A DNA stretch of 64,000 nt from Vulcanimicrobiota bacterium (GCA_963812135.1 CAWETU010000001.1:32001-96000), one strand, 5' to 3'. Shown: positions 20,301 to 32,346, counted from the first letter of the stretch. Numbers and translations are program-made. The notes: generated from the letters alone by a model not told the origin.

Positions 20301-20799
20301 CTACTGCCAGATCCTGGAGGACGCGATCAACGAGTTGCGCGGCCAGCCGCACGCGCCGGACGAGCCGCCGCCGGTGTTGGACCTACGGGTCAGCGCGTAC
20401 ATCCCGAACGACTACGTGCGCGGCGCCAGCCAGAAGATCGGGCTGTATCAGCGGATCGCCGCGGCGCGCACGCTCGAGGCGCTCGCGGGCATCGCCGACG
20501 AGATGCGCGACCGCTACGGCCCGCGCCCCAAAGAAGTCGAAGCGCTCATCGAGCTTGCCCGCCTGCGTTTACTCGCAGCGGGGAAAGGAGTCGAAAAACT
20601 AGCGCTCGAAGGCCGACGATTGACGCTCGAAGTCGGGCGCCGTTTTTCGCTCTCCGAAAGTTCACTTCCGGCTCTGACGTCTCTCACTCGAGGAAACTTC
20701 CGTTTCACTCAGGGCGCGATTGTGGCTCAGCTTCCGCCGCACGACACCGCCGGCGACGGCAAGCTTGCGACTGTACGCGAGATCCTAGCGGCATTGTAA
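17374..20799 (+). CDS. mfd: Transcription-repair coupling factor
   Basis: GEFTVRGGLIDLFP, HGIGQY (CarD/RID), DRLVCGDVGYGKTEVA, DEEQRFGV, SATPIPRTL, QLRGRVGRS, RDLEIRGAGNLLG. RBS GGAGG at 17363. Confidence 0.97.
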   Translation: MATSLGPLIARIVTNASDAIARAAQAVGARAGVDVTETTAAARPPAVAALWRSLGGVLIVWCATPDSADRFANDASFYLDDAGDVVRVLRPRDRANAGLFNPTERSARIETLSALASGQPGIYCLPHASMRQPLPSPQRLRDLSFELRAGQDYAWEDLLARLVALGYDRVEIVSAVGEFTVRGGLIDLFPATADRPIRLEFFGDTLESIREFSLSDQRSIDSIDASLVAPWNEDVLANDGAFVGDYAPSAPVVVDDAEMIVAIDHGLATEHDDGTIAAADDDGSTTATTSTRGTAGNSGIVSLPASAPAALAASDVPAPDAVAVVEPTPFSLGDISKRLDERPFVNFATSAPRIARAADLTMALPSVPAPIFNRSMERFVSDVRARVAAGELVAIASVGHRRIREVLDEHDVAVSPPPKTWKRGDGGRVVVAEGAIDAGFEFTQAGIVVLGDAELFGHPARRQKIRAVKEGVPITEADLKVGEYFVHANHGIGQYLGLEHIVVNDVGRDFMALKYAGADRLYVPVEMMHLVRRYVAGDGAPPALSKMGGSDWARARSRVREAVEKIAEGLVRLYAEREAAQGHSFAPDSPWQAELEESFPYDETPDQRAAIEAVKHDMERPRPMDRLVCGDVGYGKTEVAIRAAFKAIMDRKQVAVLVPTTVLAAQHYRTFTERFAAFPVKVGVLSRLRSKAEQKETLAQLADGSVDLVIGTHRLLQRDVGFKNLGLVIVDEEQRFGVAHKERLKELRRSVDVLTLSATPIPRTLHMSLVGVRDLSLIQTAPINRMAVKTIVTSTSDALIASALHQELDRGGQVYFVHNRIESIYGIRDALQALAPRARIAVGHGQMNEHELEDVMVGFVNGDFDVLVSTTIIENGLDIPNVNTIVINNAEHFGLAQLYQLRGRVGRSSHQAYAYFLYQPHRALSETAQARLEAIREFSHLGSGLRLAMRDLEIRGAGNLLGHAQSGFIAAVGFDAYCQILEDAINELRGQPHAPDEPPPVLDLRVSAYIPNDYVRGASQKIGLYQRIAAARTLEALAGIADEMRDRYGPRPKEVEALIELARLRLLAAGKGVEKLALEGRRLTLEVGRRFSLSESSLPALTSLTRGNFRFTQGAIVAQLPPHDTAGDGKLATVREILAAL
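18219..18354. repeat. 136-bp palindromic MITE-like element within the mfd reading frame
   Basis: 24-bp terminal inverted repeats (18219-18242 CGGCTCCACCACTGCGACCACGTC and 18331-18354), 23/24 complementary, with nested internal stems. Confidence 0.8.
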
Positions 20800-20810
20800 T
20801 TGGAGGAAGA

Positions 20811-21743
20811 ATGAATTCCAGGTTCGCGACGTTCGCATCGCTCTCGCTCGCCGCATGCGCGGTGCTGCTGATGACGGGATGCGGCGACCAGAAGGCCATC
20901 GCGACGGTCAACGGCCAGAAGATCACCAAGGGCGAGTTCGACGCAAAGCTCGAGCAGCAGGGCGGCAAGGCCGCGCTGCAGTCGATGGTGACCCAAGACC
21001 TCGTGTTCCAATACGCCAAAGATCACAACATCACGGTCAGCGACCAGGAAGTGACCGACAAGCTCAACGAGATCCAGCAGCACTTCCCGCCCGGCCAGTT
21101 CGAGTCGATGCTCAAATCGCAGGGCATCACGATGGACGACGCGCGCAAGCTCGTGCGTGAGAACCTGCTGACGACCAAGGCCGTCGATCAGAACATCAAC
21201 GTGACCGACGCACAAGTCAACGCGTATCTCCAGCAGCAGCACCTGGTCATCGGCCAGCCGTCGCAAGTGCGCGCGCGCCACATCTTGGTCAAGACCAAGG
21301 CGGAAGCCGACAATGTCGAAGCGCAGCTGAAAAAGGGCGGCGATTTCGCGGCGCTCGCGAAGCAGTACTCGCAAGACCCGGGGACCAAGGACAAGGGCGG
21401 TGAGCTCGGCTGGTTCGGACCCGGCCAGATGGTGCCTGCGTTCCAGAACGCGGCATTTGCCATGAAGCCCGGTCAGATCAGCGCGCCGGTCCAGACACCG
21501 TTCGGTTGGCACGTCATCCAGGTCGAAGAGACCAAGCCGCTGACCAAAGACGCTGCGGTGACGCAGATCAAGAAGCAGCAAGAGCAGCTGCAGATCACTC
21601 CGTTCATGACGCAGTTGCGGACGAGCGCGAAGATCGAGATCGAGGATCCGCGGTATCAGGATCTCTTCCCGAGTCCGCCTCCGACGGCACCGGTCGCTCC
21701 GGCGCCGGCCCCGGCAAGCCCAGCTCCGACACCGAAGAAGTAA
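20811..21743 (+). CDS. prsA: Parvulin-type peptidyl-prolyl isomerase foldase (PrsA-like lipoprotein)
   Basis: Lipobox MTGC, SurA-N-like ATVNGQKIT, VRARHILV, FAALAKQYSQDPG..KGGELG, TPFGWHVI. Confidence 0.88.
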   Translation: MNSRFATFASLSLAACAVLLMTGCGDQKAIATVNGQKITKGEFDAKLEQQGGKAALQSMVTQDLVFQYAKDHNITVSDQEVTDKLNEIQQHFPPGQFESMLKSQGITMDDARKLVRENLLTTKAVDQNINVTDAQVNAYLQQQHLVIGQPSQVRARHILVKTKAEADNVEAQLKKGGDFAALAKQYSQDPGTKDKGGELGWFGPGQMVPAFQNAAFAMKPGQISAPVQTPFGWHVIQVEETKPLTKDAAVTQIKKQQEQLQITPFMTQLRTSAKIEIEDPRYQDLFPSPPPTAPVAPAPAPASPAPTPKK

Positions 21744-21755
21744 CAGACCCGAGAC

Positions 21756-21792
21756 AAAGAAGAGCGCGGATTTCCGCGCTTTTCTTTTTTTG
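21756..21792 (+). terminator. Rho-independent terminator after prsA
   Basis: Stem AGCGCGG-ATTT-CCGCGCT followed by TTTCTTTTTTT and preceded by an A-rich tract, so possibly bidirectional. Confidence 0.8.
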
Positions 21793-21829
21793 GAGGCGCT
21801 CGCCCACGCCTCGCGTAACTTTTGGTTCC

Positions 21830-23023
21830 ATGCCCACGCTTGCCATCGTCGGCCTCGGGCCGAGCGATAGCTCACTCCTTACACTCGGCGCGCTCGAACG
21901 TCTCCGAAAGGCTCCACGAACCGCGGTCTGCGCCGTTCCCGCATCCGTCTCCGACTACTTGCGTTCGAAGAACGTCAATGTCGTGCCGACGACGTTCGAG
22001 GGCGCTGCGTTGCTGCGCGGCGTCCCCGAAGCGATCCGTGCTGTCGTCGAATTCGCGCGCGCGGGCGACGCAGCGCTCGGCGTTCCCGGCCATCCGATGC
22101 TCGATTTCCCTGGCCTGCCGCATCTGCTGCGCGCATTGGAAGCCGCGAAGATCGACGTCGAACTCGTGCCCGGCGTGCCGCGCGCCTCATTGCAGGCCGC
22201 CACCGCGGCGCCGCTCGTGCCGTTGCCGCCAATCGCCGCGAGTCATTCGTGGGAAGAGCTCGTCGAGATCATGACGCGCTTGCGCGCATGCTGTCCGTGG
22301 GATCGCGAGCAGACGCATCAGACGTTGCTGCCCTACCTCATCGAAGAGGCGCACGAAGTCGTCGAAGCCGTCGACGAAGCCGACCCGAAGAAGCTATGCG
22401 GCGAGCTCGGCGACCTGCTCCTTCAAATCGTGTTCCATTCGCAGATCGCCGCCGAGAAAGGCCAGTTCAGCGTGGCCGACGTGATCAACGCACTGGCGGA
22501 GAAGATGATCCGCCGTCATCCGCACGTGTTCGGCGACGCGAGCATCTCGACGTCGCAAGAGCAGATGAAGTCCTGGGAGCTCATCAAGACCAAGGAAGCC
22601 GGCCACACGCATCGCGAGTCGCTGCTCGACGGCATCCCGAAGAGCTTGCCCTCGCTGCTCGGCGCGCAGCGCCTGCAAGAGAAAGCCGCGACCGTCAATT
22701 TCGACTGGCCCAAGACAGAGGGCGTGGTCGAGAAAGTCGACGAGGAGTTGGACGAGCTGCGCACGGCGGTCGACAGCGGCGAGCACGCGCACATCCGTGA
22801 GGAACTCGGCGACGTCTTCTTCACCCTGGTGAATCTCGCGCGCCGGCTCGGCGTGGACGCCGAAGCGGCGCTGCGCTCGGCGAACGTCAAGTTCCGCGAG
22901 CGCTTCGCATCCATGGAGCGCATGGCCGGCGGGGGCGCCACCGCGCTCGCCGGTCGCAGCCTCGAAGACCTCGACGTGTTGTGGAAGCGCGCGAAGGATC
23001 ATGAGACTGGACAAGTTTCTTAA
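21830..23023 (+). CDS. mazG: Nucleoside triphosphate pyrophosphohydrolase MazG with N-terminal tetrapyrrole-methylase-like domain (YabN)
   Basis: IVGLGP start, CPWDREQTH, EE..E..EA, ELGDLLLQIVFH, KMIRRHPHVF, second EELGDVFF repeat. Confidence 0.92.
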   Translation: MPTLAIVGLGPSDSSLLTLGALERLRKAPRTAVCAVPASVSDYLRSKNVNVVPTTFEGAALLRGVPEAIRAVVEFARAGDAALGVPGHPMLDFPGLPHLLRALEAAKIDVELVPGVPRASLQAATAAPLVPLPPIAASHSWEELVEIMTRLRACCPWDREQTHQTLLPYLIEEAHEVVEAVDEADPKKLCGELGDLLLQIVFHSQIAAEKGQFSVADVINALAEKMIRRHPHVFGDASISTSQEQMKSWELIKTKEAGHTHRESLLDGIPKSLPSLLGAQRLQEKAATVNFDWPKTEGVVEKVDEELDELRTAVDSGEHAHIREELGDVFFTLVNLARRLGVDAEAALRSANVKFRERFASMERMAGGGATALAGRSLEDLDVLWKRAKDHETGQVS

Positions 23024-23261
23024 AGTCTCGCGCTTGGCCAAACGGCGCACCGACGCCAAAGAAGCGCTCGACGCAGGACGCATCGAGCTCGGCGGGCGGG
23101 CGGTAAAGCCTGCGCACTCGGTGAAGGTAGGCGATGAGCTGCTCATCCACTATGCGTCGCGTGACGTGCGGGTACGCATCCTGGCCCTGCCCGAGCGGCC
23201 GGGCGCCCGCGTGAAACCAGAATCCTTGTACACGGTGCTCGAAGAGCGCAAGACGGCCTAG
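23001..23261 (+). CDS. S4 RNA-binding domain protein (YabO/Hsp15/RqcP-like)
   Basis: MRLDKFLKVSRLAKRRT.AKE...KPAHSVKVGD. Follows yabN as in Bacillus. Confidence 0.9.
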   Translation: MRLDKFLKVSRLAKRRTDAKEALDAGRIELGGRAVKPAHSVKVGDELLIHYASRDVRVRILALPERPGARVKPESLYTVLEERKTA

Positions 23262-23268
23262 GGGAACT

Positions 23269-24429
23269 TTGCGAATCGATCCGCTCACGATCGGCATGTT
23301 CGCCGATTCGTTCACGCCTGAGATCAACGGCGTCGTCACGTCGCTCGTCAGCTCGACGCGCGAGCTGCGTCGGCGTGGCCACCGCGTCATCATCATCGCA
23401 CCGTCGCACGAAGGCGCGGTCGACGATGATCCCGATGTCTTCCGGCTGCGCTCGTCGCCCTTCCCCTTCTATCCGCAGTTCCGCATGGCGTTCCCGCTGC
23501 CCGCCAAACTGCTGGCAACGCTGCCGCGCATGCCGTTCGACGTCATCCATGCGCATTCGATGTTCTTCATCGGCTGCTTGGGCGCGTATTTGGCGCAGTT
23601 CCGCAGGATGCCGTTGCTGTTCACCTACCACACGCTGTGGACCGAATACGCCCACTACGTGCCAGTCGATCCCGGCTTCACACGCTCGCAAGTCGTCTGG
23701 GTCTCGCGCGAGTTCTGCAACCGAGCCACCCGCGTTATCGCGCCGACCGAGGGCATCCGCGATCTGCTCGCCTCGTACGGCGTCGAGCGGCCGGCCGTCG
23801 TGCTGCCCAGCGGCGTCGACATCTCGGTCTTCGACTCCAGCGTCGCGCAAGCGCCGCGCATCCGCGCGGGCGGCGGACCGATCGCGCTGTTCGTCGGGCG
23901 GCTCGGCAAAGAGAAAAACGTCGATCTCGTGCTCGACGCCTTCGACGTCGCCGCGCGGCGCATCCAAGACCTGCGGCTGTTCATCGTGGGATCCGGACCG
24001 CACGAAGAAGCGCTGCGCCACCATGCGAATAGATTGCCTTCGTCGCCGCGCATCCGCTTCACCGGCGCGCTCGATCAGCACGAGCTGGGCGCGTATTACG
24101 CCGCGGCTGATGTGTTCGTGTTCGCGTCGACGACCGAGACGCAAGGTCTCGTGCTGCTCGAAGCGATGACGCACGGCGTGCCGGTGGCGACCGTCGATTG
24201 CGCGGTGACGCGCGAAGTCGTGACCGGCGAGTCCGGCATCCTGACGCGAGAGACGCCGCAAGATCTCGGCGATGCGATCGCGGCCCTCGTGCGCGCGGGT
24301 GAGGACGAACGGCGGCAGCGCATCATGGCCGCGAAGAACGTCGCGCGGCCCTATTCGCTTGAGGCGCTCACCGACAAGCTCGAAGCGCAGTACGCACAAG
24401 TGCGCGCGCAGGCGTCAGCGGCGCTCTAG
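23269..24429 (+). CDS. Glycosyltransferase family 4 (diacylglycerol glucosyltransferase-like)
   Basis: DSFTPEINGV, TYHT, VGRLGKEKNVD, FVFASTTETQGLVLLEAM. Confidence 0.85.
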   Translation: MRIDPLTIGMFADSFTPEINGVVTSLVSSTRELRRRGHRVIIIAPSHEGAVDDDPDVFRLRSSPFPFYPQFRMAFPLPAKLLATLPRMPFDVIHAHSMFFIGCLGAYLAQFRRMPLLFTYHTLWTEYAHYVPVDPGFTRSQVVWVSREFCNRATRVIAPTEGIRDLLASYGVERPAVVLPSGVDISVFDSSVAQAPRIRAGGGPIALFVGRLGKEKNVDLVLDAFDVAARRIQDLRLFIVGSGPHEEALRHHANRLPSSPRIRFTGALDQHELGAYYAAADVFVFASTTETQGLVLLEAMTHGVPVATVDCAVTREVVTGESGILTRETPQDLGDAIAALVRAGEDERRQRIMAAKNVARPYSLEALTDKLEAQYAQVRAQASAAL

Positions 24430-24439
24430 ATCTTCCGAC

Positions 24440-25273
24440 GTGTTCTCGACGGATGCCAAAGACGAGATCGCCGCGGTCGCGTTCGAGCGTCCGTGCTGCC
24501 CCGCGAACTTCATCCGCGCGCTCGCCGCGTTCTCGGGCGGCGGGCGTTCGCGCATCGTCTCCACCGATCGCGCCGCCGTCGTTCGCGCGGCTCTGCGAGC
24601 CGCGAAGCTCGCCGGCATTCCGCTCGAGACAACCGCACCGGCGAGCGGACGTCTCCGGCGCGGCTCCATACGTGTAGCCAGCCACGGGTCGGTGCCCGTC
24701 ACGGGAAAGCTCCCCGCGCGCACGTGTTGCCGGCGCGCGTGGCTGCGCGCCGCGTTCCTCGCGTGCGGATCGGTGTCCGATCCGCACAAGGGGTATCATC
24801 TGGAGTTCGTCTGCCCTGACGACGATCGCGCTCGCAGCCTGACGCAAGGTCTCGCGGCGCTCGGCATCGATGCGGGCGTTTCGCGCCGGCGGCGGCGACC
24901 GGTCGTGTACGTCAAAGGAGCGCCGGCGGTCGTGGAACTGCTCGGCCAGATGGGCGCGACGCGCGCGATGCTGGCCCTCGACGATCTGCTTGCGGTGCGT
25001 TACACGAAAAACGTCACGCGCCGGCGCGTCAACAGCGAAGCGGCGAATGCGGCGCGCGCCGCAGCGACCAGCGTGCGGCAACGCGCGGCGGCGTTGCGCA
25101 TGATGCGCGGATCGCGCGTGCGGCGCTTGAGCGCGGCGCTGCGCGAAGCGGCGCATCTGCGCATCGCGCACCCCGACTACACGCTGGCCGAGCTCGCGGC
25201 GCGCGCCAAGCCGCCGGTGAGCAAAGCCGCCATGGCGTACCGGCTTCGCCAGATCGAGCGATTAGCGTCGTAG
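24440..25273 (+). CDS. whiA: DNA-binding protein WhiA
   Basis: [50 protein letters not shown]....PPVSK..M.YRLR. Confidence 0.88.
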   Translation: MFSTDAKDEIAAVAFERPCCPANFIRALAAFSGGGRSRIVSTDRAAVVRAALRAAKLAGIPLETTAPASGRLRRGSIRVASHGSVPVTGKLPARTCCRRAWLRAAFLACGSVSDPHKGYHLEFVCPDDDRARSLTQGLAALGIDAGVSRRRRRPVVYVKGAPAVVELLGQMGATRAMLALDDLLAVRYTKNVTRRRVNSEAANAARAAATSVRQRAAALRMMRGSRVRRLSAALREAAHLRIAHPDYTLAELAARAKPPVSKAAMAYRLRQIERLAS

Positions 25274-25362
25274 CTGCGCACGGAACGGCACGCGACCGTC
25301 GAATGGATTCGACCGCTCCAGCCCGTATATTGAGCCCCCGCACACCTTCAGGAGGACACGCT

Positions 25363-26381
<1,019 letters not shown>

Positions 26382-26385
<4 letters not shown>

Positions 26386-27575
26386 CCAAAGGCATCAGCG
26401 AGCTCGACGTCCGCGGCAAGCGGGTGCTCGTGCGCGAGGACCTCAACGTACCGCTGTCGGCGGACGGCCAGGTCGCAGACGACACGCGGATCGTCGCCGC
26501 GGTGCCGACGCTGCGCAACCTGAGCGACCGCGGCGCCAAGGTGATCGTCATGTCGCACCTCGGCCGCCCCGACGGAAAGGTCGTCGAGTCGCTGCGCATG
26601 GCGCCGGTCGCTAAGGCGTTGGCCGCTGCGCTCGGCAAGCCGGTGAAGACCGCAGATGACAGCGTAGGGCCTGCCGTGCAGGCGGCGGTCGCGGCGCTCG
26701 CCGACGGCGACGTCTTGCTGCTGGAGAACGTGCGCTTCCACCCCGAGGAAGAGGCCAACGATCCGGAGTTCGCGCGCCAGCTCGCCTCGCTCGGCGATGT
26801 CTACGTCAACGACGCGTTCGGCACGGCGCACCGGGCGCACGCGTCCACGGTCGGAATCACCGCGTATCTTCCTTCTTATATGGGGCCGCTGCTCGAGCGC
26901 GAGCTCGACGTGCTCGACGAGATCCTCGAGCGGCCGAGACGGCCTTTCGTGGCGGTGTTGGGCGGCGCGAAGGTATCGGACAAGATCGGCGTCATCACGC
27001 GCCTGATGCAGATATGCGACGCGATCCTCATCGGCGGCGGCATGGCAAACACGTTGCTTGCAGCTGAAGGCTTCGAAGTCGGCAAATCGCTGCGCGACCC
27101 GGACCTCGGACCGGCCAAGCAGATCCGAGCGGAGATCGACCACAAGGCGACCCGCGTCGAGGTGCTCTTGCCCGAGGATGCGGTCGTCGCCAAAGAGCTC
27201 AAGCCCGATGCCGAGACGCGCTTCGCCGAGGTCGACGACATCCGGCCCGATGAGATGATCTTGGACATCGGCCCGACGACGGCGGAGAAATTCCGCGGCG
27301 TCATCTTGGACGCGAAGACGGTGCTGTGGAACGGCCCGATGGGCGTCTTCGAGATAGATGCCTTCGCGGCCGGCACCGAAGCGGTGGGGCAGGCGATCGC
27401 GGACTCGGGCGCGATGTCGGTCGTGGGCGGCGGCGACACGGCGGCCGCGGCGAAGAAACTTGGCTTCGCCGACAAGATGACGCACATCTCGACCGGCGGC
27501 GGCGCGACACTGGAATACATCGAGGGCAAAGAATTGCCGGGCGTGGCCGCGTTACGCAGTGCGGCGAGCGCATGA
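26382..27575 (+). CDS. pgk: Phosphoglycerate kinase
   Basis: [54 protein letters not shown]. Confidence 0.98.
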
Positions 27576-28351
27576 GAGAGCCGTTCTTCGCCGCCAACTG
27601 GAAGATGTACAAAACCCCGGCGCAGGCTCGCGAGTATGCGACCGCGTTCGTGCCGCTCGCCGACACGTTCCGCGAGCGCGCCGCGATCGTGCTGTGTGCG
27701 CCGTTCATCGATCTCGTGCCCTTGCGCGAAGAGCTGCTGATCGCGGACGCCGACTCGTTTATCGAGGTCGGCGCGCAGGACGTGTTCTGGGAACAAGAGG
27801 GCGCATTCACCGGCGAAGTGAGCCCCGTCATGCTCGCGGGCGAAAGCGTCGAGTACTGCATCGTCGGGCACTCCGAACGACGTCGCATGTTCGGCGAGAC
27901 CGACGAGAGCGTTGCGAAAAAAATCTCGGCGCTGGTGGCCGCCGACATCGTGCCGATCGTTTGCGTCGGCGAGACGCTCGAGGAAAATCGCGCGGGAAAG
28001 ACGCGGGAACGGGTCGGCGTCCAGATCCGCACCGCCCTGGGCCATCTCAGCGACGCCCAGCGTTCGGACAACATCGTGATCGCCTACGAGCCGATCTGGG
28101 CCATCGGAACCGGCTTGGCAGACACGCCTGAAACGTGCGACCTTACCATCGGCTATATCCGGTCATTGGCCGGCGGGCTCGAGAATGCGACCATCCTCTA
28201 CGGCGGTTCGATGAATGTCGAGAACGCGCAGGCCCTATGCGCGTGTCCGAGCGTCGACGGCGGTCTGATCGGCTCGGCAAGTCTCGATCCGGTCAAGTTC
28301 GCGCAACTCGTGACGAACGGGCTGCGGGGTATTGATGCCGCCAACGCCTGA
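27572..28351 (+). CDS. tpiA: Triosephosphate isomerase
   Basis: ANWKM, GAFTGE, GHSERR, AYEPIWAIGTG, YGGS. Confidence 0.97.
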   Translation: MREPFFAANWKMYKTPAQAREYATAFVPLADTFRERAAIVLCAPFIDLVPLREELLIADADSFIEVGAQDVFWEQEGAFTGEVSPVMLAGESVEYCIVGHSERRRMFGETDESVAKKISALVAADIVPIVCVGETLEENRAGKTRERVGVQIRTALGHLSDAQRSDNIVIAYEPIWAIGTGLADTPETCDLTIGYIRSLAGGLENATILYGGSMNVENAQALCACPSVDGGLIGSASLDPVKFAQLVTNGLRGIDAANA

Positions 28352-29870
28352 CGCGAAGCGCCGGGTCGTGCTCTGCATCCTCGATGGGTTCGGTATCTCG
28401 TCCGAGACGCGCGGCAACGCGATCGCTGCTGCAAAGATGCCGAACTATCGCGCGATGCTGGCGCTCTACCCGCATACGGAGATCGGCGCAGGCGGCGAGG
28501 CCGTCGGGCTGCCGCCCGGACAGCAGGGTAATAGCGAAGTCGGCCATCTGAACCTCGGCGCCGGGCGCGTCGTCTATCAGAGCATCACCCGCATCGATAA
28601 AGCGATCGACGACGGCAGCTTTGCGCGTAACCCCGTCTTGTTGCAATGCCTCGAACACGTCAAACGTACCGGCGGCACGTTCCATCTGTTGGGCTTGGTG
28701 TCGCCCGGCGGCGTGCACGCATCGATGAAACATCTGTGGGCGCTGCTCGACGCGGCCAAACCGACAGGTGCGCGTGTGCGCGTGGCCGCCTTCTTGGATG
28801 GACGCGACACGCCGCCCAAGAGCGCCGGTCCCTATCTCGACTCGCTCGTGAAGAAATGCGCCGAGCTGCCTGATGCGGGCGTTTCGATGATCTGCGGACG
28901 TTACTACGCGATGGATCGCGACAAGCGTTGGGACCGAACCCAGGTGGCGTACGACGCCCTGGTGCGCGGCATCGGGTACACCGCCGCCAACGTCGCCGAC
29001 GCGCTGGGTGCCGCCTACTCGCGCGATGAGACGGACGAGTTCGTCAAGCCGACGTTGATCGGACAAGCCGCGCCGATCGTGCGCAGCGGCGATGCATGTC
29101 TCTTCTTCAACTTCCGGCCCGATCGCGCGCGCGAACTCACGCGCGCGTTCTCAGACCCGGCGTTTTCCGAATTTCCGGTCGAGCATTTCGCCGACTTCAT
29201 CTTCGCCACGATGACGCGCTACGACGATTCGTTCCCGAACCCGGTGATGTTCGGCAGCATCTTCGAGGAGCACACGCTGGGTGAAGTCGTGGCGGACGCG
29301 GGCATGCATCAGCTGCGCCTCGCGGAGACCGAGAAGTACGCGCACGTGACGTACTTCTTCTCGGGCGGGCGCGAGGAGCCATTCGCCGGCGAGGAGCGGA
29401 CGCTGATCCCGTCCGCGCGCGACGTCGGCACTTACGATCACAAGCCCGAGATGCGCGCGCCCGAGATCACCAAAGCCGCCGTCGATGCGATTCATTCGCA
29501 GCGCTACGATCTGATCATCATGAATTACGCCAACCCGGACATGGTGGGCCACACCGGCAAGTGGGAGGCGATCATCACGGCCCTCGAGGTCGTGGACGAT
29601 TGCCTCGGCAAAGTCGAAAAAGCCGCGCTCGACGCGGGCGCGGTGCTGCTCGTCACGGCCGACCATGGCAACGCCGAAGAGAAGATCGATCTGAAGACCG
29701 GCAAAGAGCTCACCGCGCACACGGCCAATCCCGTGCCGCTGGTGCTCGTGGGTGACGGCGCCGGTCCGCTGAAAAGCGGCGGGCGTTTGTGCGACGTCGC
29801 GCCCACCATCTTGCAGCTCATGGGATTACCGCAGCCACCGGAGATGACGGGGCACAGCCTCCTGCCTTAG
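28335..29870 (+). CDS. gpmI: 2,3-bisphosphoglycerate-independent phosphoglycerate mutase
   Basis: ILDGFG, GNSEVGH, DGRD, GRYYAMDRD, NFRPDRAR, AETEKYAHVT, DMVGHTG, TADHGNAE. Confidence 0.97.
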   Translation: MPPTPDAKRRVVLCILDGFGISSETRGNAIAAAKMPNYRAMLALYPHTEIGAGGEAVGLPPGQQGNSEVGHLNLGAGRVVYQSITRIDKAIDDGSFARNPVLLQCLEHVKRTGGTFHLLGLVSPGGVHASMKHLWALLDAAKPTGARVRVAAFLDGRDTPPKSAGPYLDSLVKKCAELPDAGVSMICGRYYAMDRDKRWDRTQVAYDALVRGIGYTAANVADALGAAYSRDETDEFVKPTLIGQAAPIVRSGDACLFFNFRPDRARELTRAFSDPAFSEFPVEHFADFIFATMTRYDDSFPNPVMFGSIFEEHTLGEVVADAGMHQLRLAETEKYAHVTYFFSGGREEPFAGEERTLIPSARDVGTYDHKPEMRAPEITKAAVDAIHSQRYDLIIMNYANPDMVGHTGKWEAIITALEVVDDCLGKVEKAALDAGAVLLVTADHGNAEEKIDLKTGKELTAHTANPVPLVLVGDGAGPLKSGGRLCDVAPTILQLMGLPQPPEMTGHSLLP

Positions 29871-29988
29871 TCCATGCTGGCAAACTCTGATAGGACGTAG
29901 CACGTCGCCGGGCGGCGGGAAAAGCGCCGATTAACTCTGAACGCGAGCAGCCCTCTACCCGCACCCACAGATCATTGGAGCGTTTCCC

Positions 29989-32346
29989 ATGGATCGTCCT
30001 GCTGAAGACCTGCAGCGAGAAGTACTACCGATTCCGGATCCCGCAATACGTCGGCGTCACGACGTACGACGCGAAAGACCCTGACACGAAATACCCGCCT
30101 ATCCAAGACGTTCGGCCGCCAAAAGGCGCGCCCAACGTCCTCATCGTCCTGATCGACGACGCGGGTTTCGGCTGCTCGAGCGCTTTCGGCGGGCGTCATC
30201 AATACGCCGACCGCCGAGCGGCTGGCGAAGAACGGGCTCAAATACAACCGCTTCCATACGACGGCGTTGTGCTCGCCGACGCGGCAGGCGCTCCTCACCG
30301 GCCGCAATCATCACGCGGTCGGAATGGGCAGCATCACCGAGCTCGCGACGTCGGCACCGGGGTACAATTCGATCCGGCCAAAATCGGCGGCGCCGCTCGC
30401 TGAAACGCTCAAGCTCAACGGCTACTCGACGGCGCAGTTCGGCAAGTGCCATGAGGTGCCGGTGTGGGAGACGAGCCCGATGGGACCGTTCGACCATTGG
30501 CCGTCCGGCAGCGGCTTTGAGCATTTCTACGGCTTCGTCGGCGGCGAAACCAATCAATGGGCGCCGGCGATCTACCAGGACACAGTGCCGATCGAACACC
30601 CGGCGGATCCGGACTACCACTTCACCGTCGACATAACCGACCGCGCCAGGGAATGGGTCGGCCAGCAGCGCGTCCTCATGCCCGACAAACCATTCTTCAT
30701 CTATTTCGCGCCGGGCGCGACCCACGCCCCGCACCACGTGCCCAAGGAATGGGCCGACAAGTACAAAGGCAAGTTCGATCAAGGATGGGACAAACTGCGC
30801 GAGCAGATCTTCGCCCGGCAAAAAGAGCTCGGCGTCATCCCGAAAGATGCCGAATTGACCAAACGGCCCGACGAGATACCCGCTTGGGATGCCGTGGATC
30901 CGAAGATGAAACCGGTCCTCGCGCGCGAGATGGAAGTCTACGCGGGCTTCCTCGAACACGTTGACTATCACGTCGGCCGGCTCATCGACTCGCTTGAAAA
31001 GCTCGAAGTCCTCGACAACACCCTGATCTTCTATATCATCGGAGACAACGGCGCATCCGCCGAAGGCACGCTCAACGGCACGTTCAATGAGATGTTCATG
31101 CTCAACGGGGTCACCGGCATCGAGACGCCCGAGTTCCTGCTCGAGCGTGTCGACGATTTTGGCGGTCCGAAAGCCTACAACCACTACGCCGTCGGGTGGG
31201 CGCACGCGATGGACACGCCGTATCAGTGGACCAAACAGGTCGCGTCGCATTGGGGCGGCACGCGCAACGGCACGATCGTGCACTGGCCGAACGGCATCAA
31301 GTCGAAGGGCGAGATCCGTTCGCAGTTCCACCACGTCATCGACGTCGCTGCGACCGTGCTCGAGGCCGCCAAGCTGCCTCGTCCTGCCTTCGTGAACGGC
31401 ATCCAGCAGATGCCGCTGCACGGCTTCTCGATGATGAATTCGTTCGACGATGCCAAAGCCGCAGACAGCCACGTGACCCAGTACTTCGAGATGTTCGTGA
31501 ACCGCGGCATCTACCACAAGGGATGGACCGCGGTGACGCGCCACAGCACGCCATGGGTCGTGCAGCCGCTGCCCCCGTATGACGCGGACGTCTGGGAATT
31601 ATACGGCCCGGACGACTGGACGCAGTCGAAGAACGTCGCGAAAGACAACCCGGATAAGCTGCGCGACTTGCAACGCCTGTTCCTCATCGAAGCGGCGAAG
31701 TACAACGTGTTGCCGCTCGACGATCGACGCGTCGAACGCTTCAACCCTGACCTCGCCGGCCGGCCGCAGCTCATCCACGGCGACTCGCAGTTGCTGTTCG
31801 GCAGCATGGGGCGCTTGAGCGAGAACTCAATCGTCGTTCTCAAGAACAAGTCGTTCGCGATCACCGCTCAGATCATCGTGCCGGACAAGGGTGCGCAGGG
31901 TGTGATCGTACACCAAGGAGGCCGTTTCGGCGGATGGAGCCTCTACGCGAAGGACGGCAAACTGACGTTTTGCTACAACTGCTTCGGCTGGAAGGTGTTC
32001 ATCATCCGCGCCGACTCGCCGCTTGCCCGCGGGCAACCATCAGGTGCGCGTGGAGTTCGAATATGACGGCGGCGGACTCGCCAAGGGTGGAAAGGTCACG
32101 CTCTTGGTGGACGGCAAGAAGGCCGGCGAGGGCCGTCTCGAGATGACCGTTCCGATGGCCTTCTCCGCCGACGAGACCCTCGACGTCGGCAAGGACACCG
32201 GCACGGCCGTCAGCAGCGAGTACACCGTCGAAGACAGCGAGTTCAACGGCAAAGTGCTCGGCGTGCAGCTCGACGCGGGCAAGTCGGATGCGGACCGCTT
32301 TATGACCGCCGAGGACCGCTTGCGCATCGCGATGGCGCGTCAGTAG
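29989..32346 (+). CDS. Cys-type arylsulfatase (three +1 frameshifts near 30040, 30192, 32025)
   Basis: Reconstructed as MDRPAEDLQREVLPIPDP/QYVG...PNVLIVLIDDAGFG...LCSPTRQALLTGRNHH...GKCH...GDNG with a C-terminal beta domain. CxPxR sulfatase motif present. Confidence 0.9.

Noticed and set aside
21670..21740. Pro/Ala-rich repeat-like tail of PrsA
   Set aside because: Ordinary low-complexity protein tail with no DNA-level repeat unit.
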